A DNA stretch of 64,000 nucleotides, from the IMG/VR virus record IMGVR_UViG_3300045988_161152. One strand, given 5' to 3'. Position 1 is the stretch's first letter. Each line of letters opens with the position of its first letter. Source of the stretch: a virus. Lineage: Duplodnaviria; Heunggongvirae; Uroviricota; Caudoviricetes. The position numbers were made by a program, and so were the translations under genes. The notes under the pieces are model-generated. The model had not been told where the DNA came from. It searched no databases and saw only the letters and a program-made list of their open reading frames with translations. Positions 30,440 to 39,975 of the stretch are shown piece after piece.

Positions 30440-31923
30440 TGGCCAGAAGTTGCGTAACGGACCCACGTTGGCGCGAGCTTGTGGCGCTATATCGTTATGA
30501 CTGGATTGCGGCCGCTGATGTGTTGTTTGGGAAGACACCAACCTGGCAGCAGGATGAGATCATTGAGTCCACGCAGCAGGACGGCAGTTGGACAAGTGTG
30601 ACCTCCGGCCATGGTACTGGTAAATCGGATATGACGAGTATCATTGCAATACTCTTCATCATGTTTTTCCCCGGCGCTCGCGTCATTCTGGTCGCTAACA
30701 AAAGACAGCAAGTCCTTGATGGTATTTTCAAATACATAAAGAGCAATTGGGCTACTGCTGTTAGCAGATTCCCGTGGTTGTCGAAGTATTTCATTCTTAC
30801 AGAAACGTCTTTTTTTGAGGTGACTGGCAAGGGTGTTTGGACAATATTGATAAAGTCCTGTCGCCCCGGGAATGAGGAGGCGTTGGCTGGTGAACACGCC
30901 GATCATCTCTTGTATATCATCGACGAAGCGTCGGGTGTGAGTGATAAAGCATTCAGTGTGATAACAGGTGCGCTGACCGGTAAGGATAACCGTATTCTGC
31001 TTCTTTCCCAGCCTACGCGACCTTCAGGCTATTTCTACGATTCACACCACAGACTAGCTATTCGCCCGGGAAATCCTGATGGATTGTTTACTGCGATAAT
31101 ACTGAATAGTGAAGAATCTCCGCTTGTAGATGCAAAATTTATACGAGCAAAACTTGCGGAGTATGGCGGTCGTGATAACCCCATGTACATGATCAAAGTA
31201 CGTGGTGAATTTCCCAAATCTCAAGATGGCTTTCTTCTTGGTCGTGATGAGGTTGAGCGGGCGACGCGGCGAAAGGTCAAGATTGCCAAAGGATGGGGCT
31301 GGGTTGCATGTGTTGACGTTGCTGGTGGCACAGGACGAGATAAGTCCGTTATTAATATCATGATGGTGTCCGGCCAGCGAAATAAACGCCGTGTAATCAA
31401 CTATCGTATGCTGGAATACACAGACGTTACAGAAACGCAGTTAGCCGCCAAGATTTTCGCAGAATGTAACCCAGAACGGTTCCCGAACATAACCATAGCT
31501 ATTGATGGCGATGGCTTGGGGAAATCGACGGCTGATCTAATGTACGAACGCTATGGCATTACCGTCCAGCGTATCCGCTGGGGTAAAAAGATGCACAGCC
31601 GTGAAGATAAAAGCCTTTATTTCGATATGCGCGCTTTCGCGAATATTCAGGCGGCAGAAGCTGTAAAATCAGGGCGTATGAGGCTTGATAAGGGGGCTGC
31701 GACTATAGAGGAAGCATCAAAGATACCGGTAGGGATAAATTCCGCAGGTCAATGGAAGGTGATGTCAAAGGAAGATATGAAGAAAAAACTCAACCTGCAC
31801 TCACCGGACCATTGGGATACATATTGTTTCGCTATGTTGGCGAACTATGTTCCCCAGGATGAAGTGCTTAGCGTCGAAGACGAAGCGCAGGTTGATGAAG
31901 CTCTGGCATGGCTTAATGAATAA
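30439..31923 (+). CDS. pacB: Terminase large subunit PacB
   Basis: 494 aa; Walker A GHGTGKS, Walker B IIDEAS; ATG overlaps pacA stop. Confidence 0.85.
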
Positions 31924-31947
31924 CTCATTAACCATGCCGGATAGAAA

Positions 31948-32799
31948 CTATTGCGCGCTTTCGGGGTTGTCGTTTACTGGCTGCCCCTTCTTAGTTTTAC
32001 GGCTGCGCGTAACTGATGCGGCTGATTTGACCTTTTTCTCTTCGCGAGTGATGGCAATTTGTTTTTTTACATTTTCAATATCTGCCAGGCGATATATTTT
32101 TGCCTGCGGCCAGCGGTCGCAGATGATCGGTTCTATAGAGTCATAAAGGCTAAATTTTGCTTTCTCGAATTCACCGTTGATGATGATTCCATCACGGAGA
32201 GTTTCATCGCAGATAAACACACCACACAGCGGCACATGGTAACTAACTGATTTACCATCATTGTAGTTAGGGCTACTGGAAATGTAATGGACGCGCAGCA
32301 TTGTTTCGCTAAAGCCGTGTACACGCATACGGAATTTTTCATCCTCCGGGTACTGCTTCATTAGCTCTTTTGTTGCTTCCAGGTTCTCTATGTATTTCGC
32401 ACTGTGCTCATTGATCCCCGCGCTTTTCTGGATGCGAATGTCCTTATCAATCAGATGAATAATGCGGCCAGCGGTCATGTTGACGCTGTTCACAGCTTCT
32501 GTCTGATACGTTGTAACCTTACGCACACCGCGAAGGATGTTAGGCACTGGATATAAAATAGTCTTTGGGATATTGAGGTCTGGGTACTGTTCCAGTTCTC
32601 GCGCCATTAAAGTCCATTTATCAATTTCAGCCTGAATGCTGTCCGTTTCTTTGAACGGCAGAACGACAACCGGGCGTACAGGACGACCGTCGCTGGCGGC
32701 ATCAACGTGTTGGGCGCGTGCAACAGCTTTTTTTAGAAAGAGATCCCTGAAGCTGACGAACTCCTGGTACAGTTGTTCGCCGTAGACATAATTTATCAT
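31948..32799 (-). CDS. c1: Primary repressor C1
   Basis: 283 aa, convergent with pacB; matches P1 C1 length and position. Confidence 0.9.
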   Translation of the reverse strand: MINYVYGEQLYQEFVSFRDLFLKKAVARAQHVDAASDGRPVRPVVVLPFKETDSIQAEIDKWTLMARELEQYPDLNIPKTILYPVPNILRGVRKVTTYQTEAVNSVNMTAGRIIHLIDKDIRIQKSAGINEHSAKYIENLEATKELMKQYPEDEKFRMRVHGFSETMLRVHYISSSPNYNDGKSVSYHVPLCGVFICDETLRDGIIINGEFEKAKFSLYDSIEPIICDRWPQAKIYRLADIENVKKQIAITREEKKVKSAASVTRSRKTKKGQPVNDNPESAQ

Positions 32800-32893
32800 T
32801 GATCCTCCTCCAGAATTGACATGGCCAACAACTCACAGCGGATTACACTGGGAGTTGTTGGCCACCATTATAGAAGGATCCAACGAAAATAAT

Positions 32894-32910
32894 AGATTTA
32901 TTAGTGCATT
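32894..32910. promoter_or_regulatory. C1 operator-like site between coi and c1
   Basis: AGATTTATTAGTGCATT (3 mismatches to consensus). Confidence 0.35.
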
Positions 32911-33119
32911 TATTGTGAGTCTGGCTGGTTAGTGGCCATGAGATATTCGATTGTGTCAGTGAGATCATCCAGGTCGTCTTGGGTGATGCGGTACTCCTGA
33001 TTGGATATCTTTGAGTAGTGTTCAGCAATGGCGCGGGCAGCGTCGGTTTCGGCAGGGTCTACAGATAAAGCGTTAGAGCAATGTCTAACGTCGTCGATGG
33101 TTGGTGGAATGAAAGCCAT
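32910..33119 (-). CDS. coi: C1 inactivator Coi
   Basis: 69-aa acidic protein immediately upstream of c1. Confidence 0.85.
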   Translation of the reverse strand: MAFIPPTIDDVRHCSNALSVDPAETDAARAIAEHYSKISNQEYRITQDDLDDLTDTIEYLMATNQPDSQ

Positions 33120-33358
33120 AATTATGCCTCACTGTATTGACAACACAGAGCCTGAAGCTCTGACCTACTGTTTCACCCATGATCCATGCTGGGGTAATCT
33201 AACAACATTGCGCTGTGTGTAAGATGAGCAATGCATAGCTGTAATGCCGTTGTATAAGGTTTCCCTGTTTGCTCATTTCCTTCTGAGCCGCTCTACAACG
33301 CTGAAGACACATTAAATAGTGAATCCAAAGTCGTATTACGAAACGGCGGCAAAACTAT

Positions 33359-33374
33359 AATTTATTAGAGCAAT
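33359..33374. promoter_or_regulatory. C1 operator
   Basis: AATTTATTAGAGCAAT, perfect reverse complement of ATTGCTCTAATAAATT. Confidence 0.65.
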
Positions 33375-33440
33375 TGTCAAACAACAATGAAAAACAATCC
33401 AGTTTTTGGCTGGTGGAGTGGGATTTTTCTCTCAAAATTT

Positions 33441-33457
33441 ATTGCTCTAATAATTCT
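33441..33457. promoter_or_regulatory. C1 operator
   Basis: ATTGCTCTAATAATTCT with overlapping AAATTTATT. Confidence 0.55.
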
Positions 33458-33500
33458 TGATTTTTATGCGCAGCTGGACGTAAACTCCTCTTCGGACCTA

Positions 33501-33534
33501 ATAACTTCGTATAGCATACATTATACGAAGTTAT
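33501..33534. other. loxP recombination site
   Basis: Exact ATAACTTCGTATA-GCATACAT-TATACGAAGTTAT. Confidence 0.98.
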
Positions 33535-33723
33535 ATTAAGGGTTATTGAATATGATCAATTTACCTGTAAATCCATACAGTTCAATACCTTAGCAGGTCA
33601 AATAGTGACCACTTGATCATTTGATCAAGGTTGCGCTACGTAAAATCTGTGAAAAATTGGCGGTGTTAGTCCTACAGATTTCGCGTAGCGCACTTAGCAC
33701 CACCAATCAATCAGAGGTGAAAA

Positions 33724-33945
33724 ATGGGATATTCAACTGCTAAAGTGTCCACTCATCTTGAGCTTGAGAAAAACCGTGGTTACTGGCGGGCAAAAGGGTT
33801 TGATCGTGATAGTTGCCAACTGTCATTATCGCGCGGTGAAGAGAAAATAGAACGCACGCGCGGTCGCTGGCGTTTCTATGACGAGAACCATAAACAGGTA
33901 AAGGCAGAGCCGATCCTGTACACTTTACTTAAAACCATTATCTGA
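33724..33945 (+). CDS. Hypothetical basic protein between loxP and cre
   Basis: 73-aa ORF with GAGGTGA RBS; fills the loxP-cre spacer. Confidence 0.35.
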   Translation: MGYSTAKVSTHLELEKNRGYWRAKGFDRDSCQLSLSRGEEKIERTRGRWRFYDENHKQVKAEPILYTLLKTII

Positions 33946-33952
33946 GTGTTAA

Positions 33953-34984
33953 ATGTCCAATTTACTGACCGTACACCAAAATTTGCCTGCATTACCGGTC
34001 GATGCAACGAGTGATGAGGTTCGCAAGAACCTGATGGACATGTTCAGGGATCGCCAGGCGTTTTCTGAGCATACCTGGAAAATGCTTCTGTCCGTTTGCC
34101 GGTCGTGGGCGGCATGGTGCAAGTTGAATAACCGGAAATGGTTTCCCGCAGAACCTGAAGATGTTCGCGATTATCTTCTATATCTTCAGGCGCGCGGTCT
34201 GGCAGTAAAAACTATCCAGCAACATTTGGGCCAGCTAAACATGCTTCATCGTCGGTCCGGGCTGCCACGACCAAGTGACAGCAATGCTGTTTCACTGGTT
34301 ATGCGGCGGATCCGAAAAGAAAACGTTGATGCCGGTGAACGTGCAAAACAGGCTCTAGCGTTCGAACGCACTGATTTCGACCAGGTTCGTTCACTCATGG
34401 AAAATAGCGATCGCTGCCAGGATATACGTAATCTGGCATTTCTGGGGATTGCTTATAACACCCTGTTACGTATAGCCGAAATTGCCAGGATCAGGGTTAA
34501 AGATATCTCACGTACTGACGGTGGGAGAATGTTAATCCATATTGGCAGAACGAAAACGCTGGTTAGCACCGCAGGTGTAGAGAAGGCACTTAGCCTGGGG
34601 GTAACTAAACTGGTCGAGCGATGGATTTCCGTCTCTGGTGTAGCTGATGATCCGAATAACTACCTGTTTTGCCGGGTCAGAAAAAATGGTGTTGCCGCGC
34701 CATCTGCCACCAGCCAGCTATCAACTCGCGCCCTGGAAGGGATTTTTGAAGCAACTCATCGATTGATTTACGGCGCTAAGGATGACTCTGGTCAGAGATA
34801 CCTGGCCTGGTCTGGACACAGTGCCCGTGTCGGAGCCGCGCGAGATATGGCCCGCGCTGGAGTTTCAATACCGGAGATCATGCAAGCTGGTGGCTGGACC
34901 AATGTAAATATTGTCATGAACTATATCCGTAACCTGGATAGTGAAACAGGGGCAATGGTGCGCCTGCTGGAAGATGGCGATTAG
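33953..34984 (+). CDS. cre: Tyrosine recombinase Cre
   Basis: 343 aa; MSNLLTVHQNLPALPVD N-terminus and the catalytic R-H-R-Y region of Cre. Confidence 0.97.
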   Translation: MSNLLTVHQNLPALPVDATSDEVRKNLMDMFRDRQAFSEHTWKMLLSVCRSWAAWCKLNNRKWFPAEPEDVRDYLLYLQARGLAVKTIQQHLGQLNMLHRRSGLPRPSDSNAVSLVMRRIRKENVDAGERAKQALAFERTDFDQVRSLMENSDRCQDIRNLAFLGIAYNTLLRIAEIARIRVKDISRTDGGRMLIHIGRTKTLVSTAGVEKALSLGVTKLVERWISVSGVADDPNNYLFCRVRKNGVAAPSATSQLSTRALEGIFEATHRLIYGAKDDSGQRYLAWSGHSARVGAARDMARAGVSIPEIMQAGGWTNVNIVMNYIRNLDSETGAMVRLLEDGD

Positions 34985-35001
34985 CCATTAACGCGTAAAT
35001 G

Positions 35002-35018
35002 ATTGCTATAATTATTTG
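35002..35018. promoter_or_regulatory. C1 operator-like site upstream of cra
   Basis: ATTGCTATAATTATTTG (variant). Confidence 0.4.
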
Positions 35019-35034
35019 ATATTTATGGTGACAT

Positions 35035-35346
35035 ATGAGAAAGGATTTCAACATCGACGGAAAATATGTAGTGCTGTCTGTAAGCACTAATATTCAGTCG
35101 CCAGCCGTCATTGTCACTGTAAAGCTGAGCGATAGAATGCCTGATATTGACTCAATATCCGTTGCGTTTCCTGTCAAAAGTATGCGTAGTGCTGAACATT
35201 TCGTGATGAATGCCACCGAGGAAGAAGCACGGCGCGGTTTTGCTAAAGTGATGTCTGAGTTTGGCGAACTCTTGGGTAAGGTTAACAATGTCCTTTCAAT
35301 CAGTTCAGCAAGGTCCAAAGCGTTAACAGCTTCCATGATGAAATAA
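35035..35346 (+). CDS. cra: Cre-associated protein
   Basis: 103-aa ORF directly downstream of cre; symbol from recalled P1 order. Confidence 0.55.
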   Translation: MRKDFNIDGKYVVLSVSTNIQSPAVIVTVKLSDRMPDIDSISVAFPVKSMRSAEHFVMNATEEEARRGFAKVMSEFGELLGKVNNVLSISSARSKALTASMMK

Positions 35347-35351
35347 AAAAA

Positions 35352-35372
35352 AGCCTGGCAAGGAGCCAGGCT
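35352..35372 (-). terminator. Hairpin with U-tract on the minus strand only
   Basis: AGCCTGGC-AAGGA-GCCAGGCT preceded by A8 on the plus strand. Confidence 0.35.
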
Positions 35373-35478
35373 GCACAAAAGAGCGGGTTTGTATTCCGCA
35401 TCCAATCAATCAAGAAGGAGTATAGCACACAGGTACTGAAGTGAAAAAATGTGATTCGCGATAAACAAAATATCTATC

Positions 35479-35508
35479 ATTGCTCTAATTGATTGCTATA
35501 ATTGAGCC
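35479..35508. promoter_or_regulatory. Tandem C1 operators upstream of ref
   Basis: ATTGCTCTAATTGATTG overlapping ATTGCTATAATTGAGCC. Confidence 0.55.
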
Positions 35509-35562
35509 GCAGTTTTTGTCAACTACGAAGACGTTGCCATTACTTCACTCCTTGACATCATT

Positions 35563-35588
35563 GGCGGCCATTAGGCCGCCTTTTTTTT
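35563..35588 (+). terminator. Hairpin plus U8 tract ending 5 nt before the ref ATG
   Basis: GGCGGCC-ATTA-GGCCGCC followed by TTTTTTTT. Confidence 0.5.
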
Positions 35589-35593
35589 GCCAT

Positions 35594-36154
35594 ATGAAAA
35601 CAATCGAACAAAAAATTGAACAGTGCCGCAAGTGGCAGAAGGCAGCCAGAGAACGAGCGATCGCTCGGCAACGGGAGAAGTTGGCTGATCCGGTCTGGCG
35701 AGAATCTCAATATCAGAAAATGCGGGATACTCTCGACCGCCGTATCGCTAAACAGAAAGAGCGCCCACCAGCCAGCAAAACGCGGAAAAGCGCGGTAAAA
35801 ATAAAATCTCGTGGCTTGAAGGGGAGAACACCAACGGCGGAGGAACGGCGCATCGCCAATGCTCTTGGCGCTCTCCCCTGCATTGCCTGCTATATGCATG
35901 GAGTAATATCTAATGAGGTGTCTCTGCACCATATCGCCGGTCGTACCGCGCCGGGTTGTCATAAAAAGCAATTGCCACTTTGTAGATGGCACCACCAGCA
36001 TGCAGCTCCGGCTGAAGTAAGAGAAAAATACCCATGGCTGGTCCCTGTTCATGCCGATGGTGTGGTTGGAGGCAAGAAAGAATTCACCTTGCTGAACAAG
36101 TCAGAGATGGAGTTACTGGCTGACGCCTATGAGATGGCAAACATCATGCACTAA
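35594..36154 (+). CDS. ref: Recombination enhancement function Ref (HNH endonuclease)
   Basis: 186 aa from ATG 35594; cysteine/histidine-rich C-terminal half consistent with an HNH fold; the longer track ORF would span operator and terminator. Confidence 0.8.
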   Translation: MKTIEQKIEQCRKWQKAARERAIARQREKLADPVWRESQYQKMRDTLDRRIAKQKERPPASKTRKSAVKIKSRGLKGRTPTAEERRIANALGALPCIACYMHGVISNEVSLHHIAGRTAPGCHKKQLPLCRWHHQHAAPAEVREKYPWLVPVHADGVVGGKKEFTLLNKSEMELLADAYEMANIMH

Positions 36155-36343
36155 TAAATATATTATTTTTAATGATAAATGATTGACAACTGACAAGTGA
36201 CTTCAGTCAGAATCATCACACGCCCGGTACGGATGGATCCCTTTTCAAATATTCCATGGACGGCACAGTCTGAGTACCGGGCGCTACCTTCAGTTGTATT
36301 GCTAAGCCGCCGCTGGTGGCTTTTCTTTTTTGTAGGGGGCGCT

Positions 36344-36985
36344 ATGGATAAGAAAATATGCGTTGTTTCGATGAGCGTCGGCAAACCGGCGTCAATGACT
36401 GCTGCATGGATCAATAACGAGCTGATAATGGCTGAGCGGACCAGCTACCCTGAACGCCGCCGCGATATGGAACTCCAGCTGCTGCGCGAATTGCGAGAAA
36501 AAGAGGAAAAGGGTTTTATCGTGCTGGTGGAAGAGGAAAACAGCTTTATTACTGGACGAGTTGGCCAGCGTGTAAGGTTGCGTGATCCCTTCATGAACGG
36601 TAGACCGGTACTGATTGAAGCAATGCAGATTTACAAGGAATTAGAACGCCAGAAAGCGATCAAGTTACCGCGCAAGGAATCCGGCAAATACATCCTCCAC
36701 CAAAGCATCTTCGATTCCGAACATGACAAAAAAGGCGATGAATTTTTCAACATCAACTGGAGCGAAATAACGACAGAGCACGTTCTGACGTTGTTATGCT
36801 GCTTCGCAACGGAATACAACAACGTTGCAAACTCCGACTACATCAGGGCAATGGCTGGAGAAGTTGAGCCACGCCAGGAACCATCGTTACTAAGCCCACT
36901 GATTAACATAATTCGCGGCACACAGAGACTTGCGGAAAAAAGCGTTCCACATGGAATCTTAACTGGAAAGGGAAACTATTTTTAA
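36344..36985 (+). CDS. mat: Hypothetical protein in the P1 mat position
   Basis: 213 aa from ATG 36344 with AGGGGG RBS; symbol from recalled P1 order. Confidence 0.5.
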   Translation: MDKKICVVSMSVGKPASMTAAWINNELIMAERTSYPERRRDMELQLLRELREKEEKGFIVLVEEENSFITGRVGQRVRLRDPFMNGRPVLIEAMQIYKELERQKAIKLPRKESGKYILHQSIFDSEHDKKGDEFFNINWSEITTEHVLTLLCCFATEYNNVANSDYIRAMAGEVEPRQEPSLLSPLINIIRGTQRLAEKSVPHGILTGKGNYF

Positions 36986-37026
36986 CGACCTGAGCGCCAC
37001 TTCTTTCAGGTCGTGTTGGATGTCAT

Positions 37027-37051
37027 AAAAAGGAGGTTTTCACCTCCTTTT
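37027..37051. terminator. Bidirectional terminator between mat and res
   Basis: AAAAAGGAGG-TTTTCA-CCTCCTTTT. Confidence 0.55.
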
Positions 37052-37060
37052 AAACTGGAA

Positions 37061-39973
37061 TTATGGTAATGCGCTCTTGATTAACTGATAAATATCATCA
37101 TTAGCAAACTGCGTTTTGAATTCAACTTTAACAGACTGACTTATTTGATTGAAAAGCGCCTGGGCATGTTCAATTTTCTTTTTTTCTTCAAGCCGTAAAC
37201 TATCCTTACTATCTACGTTTTTTGTTTCAATGATAAAGTTAAGATAATCACCTTCTGCTGTTTTTACAACATAAGCAAAATCGGGTGAGTAAGTGTATCC
37301 ACCAGCTACCGGGATCTTAATAGAATTCTTCGGTATCTTTGAAAAAACAACAACAGACTGGATCTCTCTATCTGTTATATTACGCCTTTCAAGCTCTGAA
37401 TCATAAAAAACTTCTTCAAAAAGATAAGTATCTAATGGTGCTTTTGAATTATCCTGTAATACACCAAGATCACTTGATAATACCTCGTCTAGAGGCTTAC
37501 CATCAGCATTTGTGAACTTTGTGGGATGAATTGAACCCGAAATCAAATTATATCCGAGGCTGAATTTATTAAACGAATTGTTCAACAAATACTTACTAAA
37601 ACCAGATTTAATTTTTCTGATTGTTTGAATATTCAGGTATTCAGTGATATTAATAGTGTCTTTTATATCACAAAAAACTTTATGTAAAGTATCGTGTTTA
37701 ACAAAAATAGTCTGTGATAAGTTATCGAGAAACTCTCGATAACTCATTGTGTTTAGCTTAGCAAAGTCATCGTCATCACTAACAATGCTTTTCGACATTG
37801 CCATATCATTGTGGATGTAAATTTTATCAATGCGAGTATGAACGCCTGATTTGGTAAATCGTTCTGTTTCTTCGAGCATGAATGACTTGAAAATGGATAA
37901 AAACTCATTTTCACTGTTTATTTTGTACTCAATCACCGCTTTTTGATTGATTAATTCCCATAGTTCTTTCAGCTCACTGAACTTACCAACACGCATTTTA
38001 GTGCGTCTTTTTCCATCAGTAGCTTTTTTGATTTTACCTGGTTTCACTCCTATAGGGAATGCTGCTGGATATTTGGATTTTAAGCGGCTGTAGGCATCTG
38101 AATCTTTGAAATTATCATTGTCATCAATGATTTCATCATTGAAAAGTTCATTCATTAGTGCTCTGGATGAAAGCTCAGGATACTGAGCCCTGATTTGTTC
38201 CTTAAGCTCTTGAGTAAACTTACTTGGAACCCTTTCTTTGAAAGAACTCTCATTGACCTCTTTAACAAGTGAGTCAACAAAATCCTTTTCTGTAAAATCG
38301 ACATAATATTTAAGGGTAAAATTGCGGTCTTTCACTCGACACATGTATTCATTCACAGGAAGACGCAAACCGCGCCCTACCTCTTGAAGCTTGGATGTGG
38401 TACTACCGCTCGAACGGAGCTTACAGATCTGAAAGACATTAGGATTATCCCATCCCTCACGCAACGTCCATTTGGAGAAAATGAAACGACGTGGATTATC
38501 TAAAGACAGCAAAAGCTCTTTGTCATGAAGGATTTCGTTGATTTCCTTCTCGATTTTATCATCCTTATCACTGTTATCTTTTGAAAAATAACCGCCATGA
38601 ACGGAAGATATATCTTTAACTGTTTTTTCAAGATAGTTACTATAAAACTCATCTTTTTCTATTTTTAACAGTTCATTAGCTTCTGCCAAAACATATTCTT
38701 CGAACTTAGCTTTCAAACTTCCGGCAATATTATTACCGTCACGATAACCTTCAATATCATCAATAAAGAAAAGAGTAAGAGGCTTTATGCGTGGCCTTTG
38801 TGTCAGAAACTCTTTTTCTAACTTAAAGTGTTCTTTGATAGCTTTCCTCATCATGCTGTCAGCAAGTGTCTGATCGTAAGAATAGGGGTTTATTGAGCAA
38901 CCAATTTTTAGCTCAATACCATTACTCAACACTACTGTATTCTTGCCTAAGGCATCAAGAGTTAAATCGTGAATAGCACTATGTGTCTTAGATAGAGATT
39001 CACCTTTTGTTAACTTAAATAAAGTTTTCTTGTTATTTTCATTTAGCTCAAATGTAACTTCTTCCCCATCAGATTTAATGAACTTTAGGTTGGCGTCACC
39101 ATCACCAACAATATCCTCAATGTACGCATCAATACCTTTAACAAGGTCTTCATTAAATGCATCCACAGCTGTAAGTCGATAAACTAAATTCTTATAGCCT
39201 TCACTAAAGGTCGCACCGTAGCGGATAATATATTGAGCATTAAACTTCTCTATATTTTCCCATGTCTTTTTACCAGTAGGAAATTTATGTGGTTCATCAA
39301 TGATAATGAATGGTTTTACCGCACCAAGAGCTGAAAAGGGAGAATCAAAATGATTGTCAAGCAAGCCAACATCATAAGTGGAATTTAAATTCTTAGAGTG
39401 AATCATTCCCGTGTTAATAACAAGAACGTGTATATATTTCTTATTGAAATTACTAGCTTCAACAAAATCATGTATAGCTTGAGGCATATACGATTTTGTG
39501 CTTTTACCGGCATTTTTCTGACTTTCAACAACGTAAGTCTTTATTTCACGCTCATAATCATCTCTAAAGTGTTCTTTTAACGCATCGCTTTTCAAAAAGT
39601 TCACTGTTCCAGCTTTGATCGATAGAGTAGGAACAATAATGATAAACTTATTAATGCCAAATGATTTGTTCAGATCAAAAATTGTTTTAGTGTAGGTATA
39701 CGTTTTACCTGTACCTGTCTCCATAGAAACATCAATTACGTTGCTTCTAGCATCGTAATTATTTTTTACATGTTCAATACCATTGAGTTCCTGAACTTTT
39801 TTTATATTTTTATAGTATTGCTGTTCAGTAAGCCGTAATTCTGGATTAACTAACAGGCGAATAGAAACATTATCCTCCTGATGAGATGTCGCGGAAACAA
39901 AAACGTTCATCACCGCATCGACACCTGCTTTCTGATGCGGTAAGTTCTTTTCGAATGTGAACCCTTTTGACAT
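37061..39973 (-). CDS. res: Type III restriction enzyme Res subunit (SF2 helicase/endonuclease)
   Basis: 970 aa; helicase motifs (GTGKTYT, DEPH); AT-rich; immediately downstream of mod. Confidence 0.9.
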   Translation of the reverse strand: MSKGFTFEKNLPHQKAGVDAVMNVFVSATSHQEDNVSIRLLVNPELRLTEQQYYKNIKKVQELNGIEHVKNNYDARSNVIDVSMETGTGKTYTYTKTIFDLNKSFGINKFIIIVPTLSIKAGTVNFLKSDALKEHFRDDYEREIKTYVVESQKNAGKSTKSYMPQAIHDFVEASNFNKKYIHVLVINTGMIHSKNLNSTYDVGLLDNHFDSPFSALGAVKPFIIIDEPHKFPTGKKTWENIEKFNAQYIIRYGATFSEGYKNLVYRLTAVDAFNEDLVKGIDAYIEDIVGDGDANLKFIKSDGEEVTFELNENNKKTLFKLTKGESLSKTHSAIHDLTLDALGKNTVVLSNGIELKIGCSINPYSYDQTLADSMMRKAIKEHFKLEKEFLTQRPRIKPLTLFFIDDIEGYRDGNNIAGSLKAKFEEYVLAEANELLKIEKDEFYSNYLEKTVKDISSVHGGYFSKDNSDKDDKIEKEINEILHDKELLLSLDNPRRFIFSKWTLREGWDNPNVFQICKLRSSGSTTSKLQEVGRGLRLPVNEYMCRVKDRNFTLKYYVDFTEKDFVDSLVKEVNESSFKERVPSKFTQELKEQIRAQYPELSSRALMNELFNDEIIDDNDNFKDSDAYSRLKSKYPAAFPIGVKPGKIKKATDGKRRTKMRVGKFSELKELWELINQKAVIEYKINSENEFLSIFKSFMLEETERFTKSGVHTRIDKIYIHNDMAMSKSIVSDDDDFAKLNTMSYREFLDNLSQTIFVKHDTLHKVFCDIKDTINITEYLNIQTIRKIKSGFSKYLLNNSFNKFSLGYNLISGSIHPTKFTNADGKPLDEVLSSDLGVLQDNSKAPLDTYLFEEVFYDSELERRNITDREIQSVVVFSKIPKNSIKIPVAGGYTYSPDFAYVVKTAEGDYLNFIIETKNVDSKDSLRLEEKKKIEHAQALFNQISQSVKVEFKTQFANDDIYQLIKSALP

Positions 39974-39975
39974 GA

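Noticed and set aside
33953-34984. Cre as a chromosomal integrase marking an integrated prophage boundary
   Set aside because: Cre-loxP in this family serves plasmid dimer resolution and circularisation; no attP/attB-like junction or flanking host genes are visible, and the window is phage or plasmid DNA throughout
35489-36154. Extended 221-aa reading frame for ref starting at 35489
   Set aside because: The extension runs through the tandem C1 operators and the hairpin plus U8 terminator; the internal ATG at 35594 gives a 186-aa product matching the recalled Ref length
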